Assembly: GCA_965205025.1 (NCBI GenBank)
Contig: CBDBFU010000012.1
Coordinates: 224,001 to 288,000 of the forward strand
Direction of reading: 5' to 3'
Source: Candidatus Poribacteria bacterium
GTDB lineage: Bacteria; Poribacteria; WGA-4E; WGA-3G
Length of the DNA: 64,000 bases
The stretch's first letter is position 1. Every line of letters starts with the position of its first letter. The notes below the pieces were generated by a model. That model was not told the DNA's origin. It saw only the letters and a list, made by a program, of their open reading frames with translations, and did no database searches. Shown here one piece after another: positions 41,478-50,231 of the stretch. Position numbers and translations under genes: made by a program.

Positions 41478-44400
41478 ATGCGAAAACTTTTTGCTCCACG
41501 ATGTAGTGTTCTGATTTTCTTTTGTTTCTACATTGCCACTGCACATGCCCAAGATAGGGTTCCCACTCATCCCGTTGATGGCACTTTCATCAAAGAGTGG
41601 TTGGTGCTGGGTCCCTTCTTTCCAGAGGATTTGGAGACCGATTTCCTCGCGTCAGTTAACGGCGAGGTTCTTGTTAATCCCAAACCCGGCGATACAGTGA
41701 CCACCGCTGATGGAAAGATGTTGACTTGGACGGTATACCGTAGCAAAGGAAACCTTTTCAATCTGCTTCATGCTGTTGGAAACCATCGAGAGGCGGTCTG
41801 CTATACTTTCTGCCTATTGGAAAGCGATCGAGGTGGTGATGGAGAGTTTCTTGTCGGCAGTGATGATGGCGTTGTGGTTTTTCTCAACGGTCAGAGGGTA
41901 CACACACAGCCAATTAGGAGACCTATGGTCGTAGATGAAGATAGGGTCGCTGTTTCATTGCGCCCAGGCAAAAACCGCTGTCTGATGAAGGTCTCAAACG
42001 GGTACCAGAATTGGGCATTAACAGCGCGTGTTTTTCCATCTACTCGTGCAGTGATAGCAGGCGTCATTTCCAATGAAACAGGGAAGACCTTATCCAATGC
42101 CATCGTGAACCTGTGGCAAGGCAGGACCCTGATTGCAAAAACAGAGACCGACACCAGAGGGAATTATCAGTTTTCGGTCTATCCAGCAAGTGGACACTAT
42201 GATATTCAAGCCACCCACGGGGACAGAGGCACTTGGAAGATAGATGTACAACTTTCTACTGGTGTGCGGGTAAACATGAACTTGACTTTACAGAAAGCTA
42301 TCAGTATCTCTGGGCACCTGCTAACGCTTGATAATACCCCACATGTTGGTGTCCTTGTGGAAGCATTATCTCTTGGCGAGAGTGGGCCCCGCCAAAGGAG
42401 GGTAACGACCTTTTCAGATAGAGTAGGAAGATATAAATTCATCAACCTGGAACCTGGATCGTATCAATTACGTTGCCACACCTCGGGCGCGTATAGCAGT
42501 TTTCAAAAAATAATTGTCTCCGTTAGTTCCGAAAAAACTGAGAATATTGGTTTCAGTTTTCCTCCTTTCAAACATGGGACATGGAAAAACTACACTTATC
42601 TGGATGGATTGAAAGATAACTTTATTGAGTCGATTTACCAAGACCGAGACGGTTTTCTTTGGTTTGGGACGCTCAGTAGTGGTGTCTCTCGGTACGATGG
42701 CGAAAGGTTCGCCAACTTCACCACGGATGATGGTCTTGCATCCGACTCTATCCGATGGATCCATGAAGACAATGCGGGACACCTCTGGTTTAGCACTTGG
42801 GGAGTTGGCGTTTCTCGGTATGATGGCGAAGAGTTTATTAACTTCACCACGGATGAGGGACTCGCATCCAACTTTGTCCGGGCGATTCATCAGGACCGGG
42901 AGGGTTACATCTGGTTCGGGACATACGACGGCGTTTCTCGGTACGATGGTGAAAAGTTCGTCAACTTCACCACAGATGAAGGACTCGTATCCAACTTTGT
43001 CCATGCGATCCATGAAGACAAAGCGGGACACCTCTGGTTTGGCACTTGGGAGGTTGGCGTTTCTCGGTATGATGGAGAAGAGTTTATCAGTTTCACCACG
43101 GATGAGGGACTCGTATCTAACTCTGTAGCGACGATTCATCAGGACCGGGAGGGTTACATCTGGTTCGGGACAAACGACGGCGTTTCTCGGTACGATGGTG
43201 AAAAGTTTGTAAACTTCACCACAGATGAGGGCCTCGCATCCAACTTTGTCCAAGCGATTCATCAGGACCGGGAGGGTTACATCTGGTTCGGGACAAGCGG
43301 TGGTGCTTCTCGGTATGATGGCGAAAAGTTTGTAAACTTCACAATCGGTAAGGGGCCCGCATTTAACGTTGTGACGGCGATCCATCAAGACCGTGAGGGT
43401 TACATCTGGTTTGGAACAGAGGGCAATGGGCTTAGTCAATACGATAGCAGCGGGGTAATCAACTACACGACTTCTGATGGGCTCGTAGACAATCTTGTTT
43501 ACACAATTTATCAAGACCATGAAGGGTACATCTGGTTTGGAACCAGGGGCGGAATTAGTCGATATGATGGCGAAAAGTTTATCAATTTTACAACCGATGC
43601 TGGACTCGTACACGATTTTGTAAATTCGATCTATCAAGACCGTGAGGGGTACATCTGGTTCGGGACACAAGACGGAGTCTCCCAATACGATGGCGAAAAG
43701 TTCGTCAACTTCACAATTAATGACGGACTCCCAAGCAATTCCGTATGGGCGATCTATCAAGACCATGAGGGTTACATCTGGTTCGGGACAAATGGTAGTG
43801 GGGTCTCTCAATATGATGGTGAAAATTTTATTAACTTCAATACCGAAGACGGATTGGCACAAAATTATGTGATCTCAATTTATCAAGACCGTGAGGGTTA
43901 CATCTGGTTCGGGACAAACAACGGCGTTTCTCGGTACGATGGCGTAGAGTTCGTCAACTTTACCACGGATGCGGGGCTTGCATCCAACTTTGTCTATGCG
44001 ATCCATGAAGACAAAGCGGGACACCTCTGGTTTGGAACCACAGGCGGCGAGGGGGTCTCCCGATATGACGGTGTGAATTTTGTCAACTTCACAAACACTG
44101 ATGGACTCGCGCAAAATGATGCAACCTCGATTTACAAAGACCGAGACGGTTTTCTCTGGTTTGGGACGCTCAGCGGTGGTGTCTCTCAATATGACGGGAC
44201 CGCCTGGACATCTTTAGATACGCGAGATGGACTCATAAGTGATCAGATTTCAAAAATTTATCAAGACTCAGATGGAAGGTTCTGGTTTGCAACGCTTGAT
44301 GGGGTGTCCCAATACAACCCGAATCGCGTTCCACCGCGTGTGCGGATCGTTTCAGTTCAGAGCCACAAGACATCTGCACAAACTGAATCTCTTAAGACAA

Positions 44401-45515
44401 TTAAGGACATTATGACCGATACTCGTGTAACTATCAAGTATAGTAGTATTGACTTCAAAACCCTAAAAGAAAAACGACAGTATCGAGTTCGCATCAAAGA
44501 GATTGACGCTGATTGGCGTAAACCAACACTATCGGACACCCTTAATATCAGCTTTGATAAACCGGGAACTTATACTTTCGAGGTCGTTGCAATTGACCGT
44601 GACCTAAACTACTCTAACCCGGCAAGCTTGACGTTGACTGTTGTGTTACCGTGGTATCAAAATAAGTGGATTCTCTATCCTTTAGGTGGAGCGATTGTTG
44701 TGTTAATGTTACTTTGTGGTACCTTTGTGTATCGTTACTACCAGCAGCATCAACAAGTTTTAGCCTATCAGCGGGAAGCGGTTTCTGAACTCGCTGATGC
44801 ACAAGAGATGCAGATGGGATTAATACCGCAAACCCCCCCTGAGGTCCCAGGATTTGAGATTGCAGGAGTCTGTATCTCTGCCCGTACCGTCAGTGGGGAT
44901 TTTTTTGACTATGTTCCGCTCAGCAACGGAACGCTTGCGGTTGTGCTGGCAGATGTCGCCGGTAAAGGTATGAAGGGGGCAATGAATGCTATTTTATCTT
45001 CTGGTGCACTTTATTCTGTGGCGCAGTTGGAAATGTCTTCATCTCAAATGTTGTGGGCATTGAACCAGAATCTTTATTCTCGATTTCAACGATATACTAA
45101 TTGTGCTATGGCGATACTGACAATTGACCCAACGGATAAGACGTTTAAATATGCTAACGCCGGAATTCCTTATCCTATGATCAAACGTGGTGAAGGTGAT
45201 GTTGAAGAAATATCAATAGATGGACTCCCATTGGGCGCGTTTAAATCATCTGAATATGAAGAAACACCATCCGTTGAACTGAAGTCTGGAAATTTAATAA
45301 TCCTTTTCAGTGATGGCATTACCGAAGCATCTCAAAGAGACAATTCTGACCAACTTTACATGGAAACCGACCGCTTGACATACCTTATCAAAGAACTGGA
45401 TAAAACAATGAACGCAGAAGCGGTGATAGATGCGATTATTAACGATGTTCGTGATTTTTCTGGTGACACTCAACAGAACGACGACATGACTATTGTAGTT
45501 ATCAAAGCATTGTAA
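41478..45515 (+). CDS. Membrane sensor phosphatase: beta-sandwich domains, two-component-regulator beta-propeller repeats, Y_Y_Y-like domain, TM helix, SpoIIE/PP2C phosphatase
   Basis: About 13 repeats of FTTDEGL.SN.V..I.QDREGYIWFGT..GVSRYDG; PGTYTFEV.AID; TM after PWYQ; VSGDFFD, LADVAGKG, FSDGITE, DDMTIVVIK. Confidence 0.9.
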   Translation: MRKLFAPRCSVLIFFCFYIATAHAQDRVPTHPVDGTFIKEWLVLGPFFPEDLETDFLASVNGEVLVNPKPGDTVTTADGKMLTWTVYRSKGNLFNLLHAVGNHREAVCYTFCLLESDRGGDGEFLVGSDDGVVVFLNGQRVHTQPIRRPMVVDEDRVAVSLRPGKNRCLMKVSNGYQNWALTARVFPSTRAVIAGVISNETGKTLSNAIVNLWQGRTLIAKTETDTRGNYQFSVYPASGHYDIQATHGDRGTWKIDVQLSTGVRVNMNLTLQKAISISGHLLTLDNTPHVGVLVEALSLGESGPRQRRVTTFSDRVGRYKFINLEPGSYQLRCHTSGAYSSFQKIIVSVSSEKTENIGFSFPPFKHGTWKNYTYLDGLKDNFIESIYQDRDGFLWFGTLSSGVSRYDGERFANFTTDDGLASDSIRWIHEDNAGHLWFSTWGVGVSRYDGEEFINFTTDEGLASNFVRAIHQDREGYIWFGTYDGVSRYDGEKFVNFTTDEGLVSNFVHAIHEDKAGHLWFGTWEVGVSRYDGEEFISFTTDEGLVSNSVATIHQDREGYIWFGTNDGVSRYDGEKFVNFTTDEGLASNFVQAIHQDREGYIWFGTSGGASRYDGEKFVNFTIGKGPAFNVVTAIHQDREGYIWFGTEGNGLSQYDSSGVINYTTSDGLVDNLVYTIYQDHEGYIWFGTRGGISRYDGEKFINFTTDAGLVHDFVNSIYQDREGYIWFGTQDGVSQYDGEKFVNFTINDGLPSNSVWAIYQDHEGYIWFGTNGSGVSQYDGENFINFNTEDGLAQNYVISIYQDREGYIWFGTNNGVSRYDGVEFVNFTTDAGLASNFVYAIHEDKAGHLWFGTTGGEGVSRYDGVNFVNFTNTDGLAQNDATSIYKDRDGFLWFGTLSGGVSQYDGTAWTSLDTRDGLISDQISKIYQDSDGRFWFATLDGVSQYNPNRVPPRVRIVSVQSHKTSAQTESLKTIKDIMTDTRVTIKYSSIDFKTLKEKRQYRVRIKEIDADWRKPTLSDTLNISFDKPGTYTFEVVAIDRDLNYSNPASLTLTVVLPWYQNKWILYPLGGAIVVLMLLCGTFVYRYYQQHQQVLAYQREAVSELADAQEMQMGLIPQTPPEVPGFEIAGVCISARTVSGDFFDYVPLSNGTLAVVLADVAGKGMKGAMNAILSSGALYSVAQLEMSSSQMLWALNQNLYSRFQRYTNCAMAILTIDPTDKTFKYANAGIPYPMIKRGEGDVEEISIDGLPLGAFKSSEYEETPSVELKSGNLIILFSDGITEASQRDNSDQLYMETDRLTYLIKELDKTMNAEAVIDAIINDVRDFSGDTQQNDDMTIVVIKAL

Positions 45516-45786
45516 AAACCGTTACGATATTTGGTTTGTTCTGTTGTGTCTTCCCTCTATTGTAGTTATCAATTACAGTAAATTTCAAAATTACTTATAC
45601 ATTCGTAGGGGCTGGGTTCACCTTGTCCTTCATTGCCAGAAATATCTTTGGCAATGTTGCCATCATTTTTATCTAATAGGTAAACCGCCTCAATGGTATC
45701 CTAAGGTAGAAGTCTGTTGGTTTTAAATGAGGATACAAGTTTTACCCTGGTAAGCCAATAAAAATCAGTCTGATTCTCATTGACAA

Positions 45787-46457
45787 CAGGGTTATTTAGT
45801 TTTCAATTTTTTGGGCGTTTTTTATCACAGTTGTTAATAATCTATAAAATAGCAGATATAGTGTGACTTTTCACACCATATCTGCTATGATTCACCTTAA
45901 AACAATCACTTTTTAAGGTGAATATTGACAAAAAGAAAATCTTGCCACTTGGTAGATATGTTAGTAGAAGTTTTGACCCACGCAACAAGAAAGGAAACGA
46001 CATCCGTTGAAGTCAATACTCGGTCTCCTCGTTGTTGGACTTATTGTGGGCATAAATAAATATCTGGACTGGGCGGGGGAGTATCACAAGTATTCCAAAT
46101 ATCGCTATATCTACAAAGACCTAAACACAAGAGAAGAAAAACATAAAATCCACTATGGGATTACAAGTCTGTCCCCTGAGAAAGCGTCAGCAGAACGCTT
46201 ACTATCTTTACGGCGTGGACATTGGTCAATAGAGAACAAGTCGCACTGGATGCGGGACACGCCCCTTGGAGAAGATTCATCACCTGTCTGATCTGGTGCT
46301 ATTCCACAAGTCATGGCAGCATTGCGAAATACAGCATTATCCGTATTCCGGTTCATAGGAGCTACACGGATTGCTGATATGATGAAATATTATGCTTCAA
46401 ATCCTAAAATCGCAGTAAACATCATAAAATGAGAAGTCTTAAAACTAAATAACCATG
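45787..46457 (+). mobile_element. Internally deleted ISAs1-family IS (transposase pseudogene)
   Basis: TIRs cagggttatttagtttt and aaaactaaataaccatg match at 16/17. Frameshifted N-terminal remnant DPRNKKG..RHPL.SILGL; C-terminal YGITSL...RGHWSIENKSHWMRD..GED, then a stop, then MAALRNTALS. Confidence 0.85.
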
Positions 46458-46560
46458 AAAGGGCAGGCTATTATGTTTTCAAATATTATAAGAAATGTTA
46501 TGATATCAATCAGTAATTAGAAGCGATTCTGAAAATACTCATATTATAGGAATAGAATAT

Positions 46561-48198
46561 ATGAATGAACAACTTTCCCATCCTTTTATAAATGATGCAG
46601 CATTTAGAGACGCTGAAAAACGTGTTTTGGGAAATATTCTCACACAATTTGAAGAACTATCCAATGATGAGCTTGAGGAATTAGTTAAAACGAATGTGGA
46701 ATTTCTTGGAAATGATCATATCCGGAAGATTATTGGAAGTACTTATAACAAAGAAATAGAATCCGTTGAATATACTATTGGAAGTGCTAATTTTAATGAG
46801 AAGATCCTATCGAATGCCTGTGCAAAGATGGAAGGGAAATGGGTAATTTCGGTAGATGAATCAATGGTGGATACAGAGAGTTTTGTCGGTGAAGTCGTAT
46901 ACAGACATAGTTGTGCATTCGGATATAAAATCCCAAAAACCTTGGATGAAGAAATTGTACCCAAGGAAGAGAGGATACTGGCAGTTTCATCAATTCTACG
47001 ACTCCAAGATGAGGAAGATTTTGATAGAAAAATGGCACTCTTAACCTACATGCTCAACCTGTATGTTGCTTATTATACAGCAAAGATTCTTCAGTCATTG
47101 AATCAACCTATATACGCTGTGATTTTACATGGACCTCTAATTCGGTTAATTGCCCCGTTTTTGAATCTTCTTTTTCGGAAGGAGGATATCAAAAAAGTCG
47201 TTACTGCTGATACTGAACCGCTTATAGATACTACTGATGAGATAAAAACGATTGCTTGTGGCGACTTGCTAGATTTAATAGTGGATGATCCAATTTATCA
47301 AGGTATCTCAGAACAATTTATTGGATTATTTCCCAGAGAAAGATTGCAAAATGTGAAAGAAAGATTAGATAAAGGTGAAATAATCGGGATTGGATTTTAT
47401 TTTTCTTTGCTCAGAAAATTGTCAGACTTAGCTAAAGAGATGAATTTTCACCTGATCAGTTGTGTAGATAATGCCACTTCAACAGAGTATTCAAAATTAT
47501 ATGTCCAGTATCAAATTGAGCGTTTCGGGCAGGATTCTATTAACCAGGAAATCCTTCGCAAATTATTTGCAGCTTACGGTGTAAACTTTAGCAAGCAGTT
47601 CATAAAGGAAAGGTTTCGAGACTTAATTGACAAATCAGGTTGGGATGATGAAATGATTCATGCTTTTTCACTGAAATTTGATAATGAAAAGTCAATAGAA
47701 TCCGAATTTACTCAACCTGTGCCGATCCGGAGATATTTTACAGGTGGTAAAAATCAGGATATATTCGGGTTTAGGTTTGGTTCTGCATTTATTTCTGAAG
47801 ATCCGTCACGGGAAACTTTAATCAATCAGATTATAGATACTCTGTACCCGTTTAAAGACTACAGAATGTTAATGAGTTTTGTCCGTACAAGTGCTCTTAA
47901 GGCTCCAATTCGGGTGGAATTCCTTGAACAAGGAGGGGAAGATAATTGGAAAGAGGTATTGGCCTCAATCTATATTTCAAGTCTTCCGTACGGCAGTTAT
48001 GGGTTACCAATATTCTTGTATTATGCAGATAAAATGGTGCGGATGCCGAAAGAAATTATATCAGTTGTTACTGAATCATACCTTGTTGAACAAGCAACGA
48101 GAGCATTGCATCAAATCGGTTTGAGTGATGTAAAGTTAAAGGATGTCTTTTTAGGGGTCACGCAAAAGTTTAGAAGAGATTTCTATGAGCGAGGGTGA
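46561..48198 (+). CDS. NurA-like (RNase H fold) nuclease
   Basis: VISVDES (for the NurA DGS motif), VILHGPL (for LLDGSL), IRVEF and C-terminal YGLPIFLYYADKMVR (for GYP.PL..AD/H..AR); directly upstream of a HerA-like gene. Confidence 0.7.
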   Translation: MNEQLSHPFINDAAFRDAEKRVLGNILTQFEELSNDELEELVKTNVEFLGNDHIRKIIGSTYNKEIESVEYTIGSANFNEKILSNACAKMEGKWVISVDESMVDTESFVGEVVYRHSCAFGYKIPKTLDEEIVPKEERILAVSSILRLQDEEDFDRKMALLTYMLNLYVAYYTAKILQSLNQPIYAVILHGPLIRLIAPFLNLLFRKEDIKKVVTADTEPLIDTTDEIKTIACGDLLDLIVDDPIYQGISEQFIGLFPRERLQNVKERLDKGEIIGIGFYFSLLRKLSDLAKEMNFHLISCVDNATSTEYSKLYVQYQIERFGQDSINQEILRKLFAAYGVNFSKQFIKERFRDLIDKSGWDDEMIHAFSLKFDNEKSIESEFTQPVPIRRYFTGGKNQDIFGFRFGSAFISEDPSRETLINQIIDTLYPFKDYRMLMSFVRTSALKAPIRVEFLEQGGEDNWKEVLASIYISSLPYGSYGLPIFLYYADKMVRMPKEIISVVTESYLVEQATRALHQIGLSDVKLKDVFLGVTQKFRRDFYERG

Positions 48199-50213
48199 AA
48201 GGAGAAAAGAGAATGGTTTTGGGAATAATCTTTGGTGAAACATCAACGCAGGAATTTTCCTTTCTATTTGGAGATGTAGATGGCGAACGTCAAAATCAAT
48301 TGAAATTTTCCTATGTTGAAGTTAATATACCTGAAAGTAATGATAAGGTTGTTGCTAAAGTTATTGATGTAAATACAGAGAATCCACTATTGGCAAAAGA
48401 TACTGCAAAGTTTTATTCGGAGCACGAAACAGTTGGAATTTCGGTCCCTGATATAATATCGCACCGATTCACTTTGTATCAAGCCAAATGTGAAGTAATG
48501 GGGATCTATAATAGTATAGAAAACAAAATAGAACCCCTAACGCAGGCGATAAAACCCGGTGAGAAAGTAGAACTATTATCCAATGATGTGCTCAATCAAC
48601 TCTTCTCTGCAAGCGAGGAATGGCATTTTCCCCTTGGATATGTTGAGATACCCGGCAGACAAACACATGCTCAAGTATCTTTGAAAGCAGACTCAATCAT
48701 TACGATGCACGCTTGTGTTTTTGGCATGACAGGAATGGGTAAAACCACAACATCTGCTGTGCTCTTAGAAGAATTAATGTTCCGTGGTGCAAAGATCATC
48801 GTATTTGATCCACACGCTGATTATATACATATTAATCGGATACGTCAAAAACTCAATGATGATTTTTCAGAAAGAATTCATAAGCATCAAGGCCTGATAG
48901 ATAAAATATCAGAATACAAGGAATTATTAATAAGTAAATGGTCAAGTAACTGGTCTCAGAGAGAAGTCAAACCTTGGGATGATTTTGATCCATCATTCAA
49001 AGATCTTATAAATGAGAAAGTCAATGAAGAATTAACATCTGAGAATATTTTTTATCGCTTACTTAGTTTATGTTCAATTAAAAATCGTAATCTAATGGTT
49101 GACTCTACGCGCATCTCTGAACAATTGGATGACATTATTGACGGAATCACGCATCTTGATTTACATAATGGAATCCCTCAGGAACTCATTCACCGGAAGT
49201 TGACTATTAAGTTTAATGCTTTTCCTAGCCTCCAAGTATATACAGATAAAAGTCCTTACTTCACAATGAGATTGATTGAAGCAATAGCGGGTGAAGGTTT
49301 TTCAGAGGCACAAGAAGGTTTTGTAATTGATTGGCTGTCGCACCCACCAAAGCCGAATTTATCTGATGAACAACTTCTTTACTACTTAAAATCACGTATT
49401 AAGGATATGCCTAAATCAAAAGACGGCAAACCCAATCCATCCCAAGTTCCTCTAAACCGAATTGTTGATAAGGCAAGCCGGACTGTCGTGTCTTTGATAA
49501 AACGAAAGTGCACGTCTCTAAATATCAGTAATTTTGTTGATGCTTTTTGTGCAAAGGGTGAGAGTTTATCTAATGTGGCGACAGCGGTATTTGATCTTTC
49601 AGATTTGGAAAATGATCACGCAAGGCGAGCTTTGATTTATGCTGTTATGGAATTTGCTTTTGATAGGTATAAATCAAAAAGTTTTATTGTAGAAAAAGAT
49701 AATCATCATGTAGGCAAAGATGCACATCCTGTACTTTTTGCTCTTGAGGAAGCAAGGACATTAATCCCCCGGCAAGATGAAAGTAGCACTACCGGAGAAA
49801 TGCATCCCGCGACCAGAGCAGCTCGACTTGCAGCAAGACAAATTGCAACTGAAGGACGGAAGATGGGACTTGGTATGCTTGTTATCTCGCAAAAACCCGC
49901 TTCAGTAGATCCAATAACTGTTTCTCAAGCAAATACGTTAATTTTGCACCGAGTTATTAACCCGGATGATCAGACGTACATCCGTAATGTTGGCGAATCT
50001 TTAGCTAGTGAAGATTTGGAAACTTTGAAAACTGTAAAAGAAGGTGTTGCTATTGTTACGGGTGATGCCTTAAAAACCAGAATGTCTACATTAGTTAAAG
50101 TCAGAAATCGTTATAGTGAACCTGGCACTGAAAAACCTCGCCCAATAGAAAGATTTTGGAACGATCCTAATAGAGAGACTTCAAGTGAAGTTCCTGAGTC
50201 TACAACGGAATAA
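48195..50213 (+). CDS. HerA-like (FtsK/HerA) ATPase with N-terminal HAS barrel
   Basis: HACVFGMTGMGKT (Walker A), VFDPHADY, FALEEA (Walker B), IATEGRKMG, ISQKP, SQANT. Start is GTG overlapping the NurA stop (GTGA) or ATG 48213 after AAAGGAG. Confidence 0.9.
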   Translation: MKGEKRMVLGIIFGETSTQEFSFLFGDVDGERQNQLKFSYVEVNIPESNDKVVAKVIDVNTENPLLAKDTAKFYSEHETVGISVPDIISHRFTLYQAKCEVMGIYNSIENKIEPLTQAIKPGEKVELLSNDVLNQLFSASEEWHFPLGYVEIPGRQTHAQVSLKADSIITMHACVFGMTGMGKTTTSAVLLEELMFRGAKIIVFDPHADYIHINRIRQKLNDDFSERIHKHQGLIDKISEYKELLISKWSSNWSQREVKPWDDFDPSFKDLINEKVNEELTSENIFYRLLSLCSIKNRNLMVDSTRISEQLDDIIDGITHLDLHNGIPQELIHRKLTIKFNAFPSLQVYTDKSPYFTMRLIEAIAGEGFSEAQEGFVIDWLSHPPKPNLSDEQLLYYLKSRIKDMPKSKDGKPNPSQVPLNRIVDKASRTVVSLIKRKCTSLNISNFVDAFCAKGESLSNVATAVFDLSDLENDHARRALIYAVMEFAFDRYKSKSFIVEKDNHHVGKDAHPVLFALEEARTLIPRQDESSTTGEMHPATRAARLAARQIATEGRKMGLGMLVISQKPASVDPITVSQANTLILHRVINPDDQTYIRNVGESLASEDLETLKTVKEGVAIVTGDALKTRMSTLVKVRNRYSEPGTEKPRPIERFWNDPNRETSSEVPESTTE

Positions 50214-50231
50214 ATCAGACTTAAGTAAAAA

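Noticed and set aside
42468-43862. 464-aa antisense ORF and regularly spaced ~129-bp DNA repeats
   Set aside because: Both are by-products of the beta-propeller repeats of the sense gene; not a CRISPR array or a separate gene.
46561-50213. nurA-herA as the ordinary double-strand break repair module
   Set aside because: No mre11/rad50 (sbcD/sbcC) neighbours, divergent NurA motifs, IS-flanked accessory context and tight linkage to dpdA. A repair role is not excluded but is less likely.
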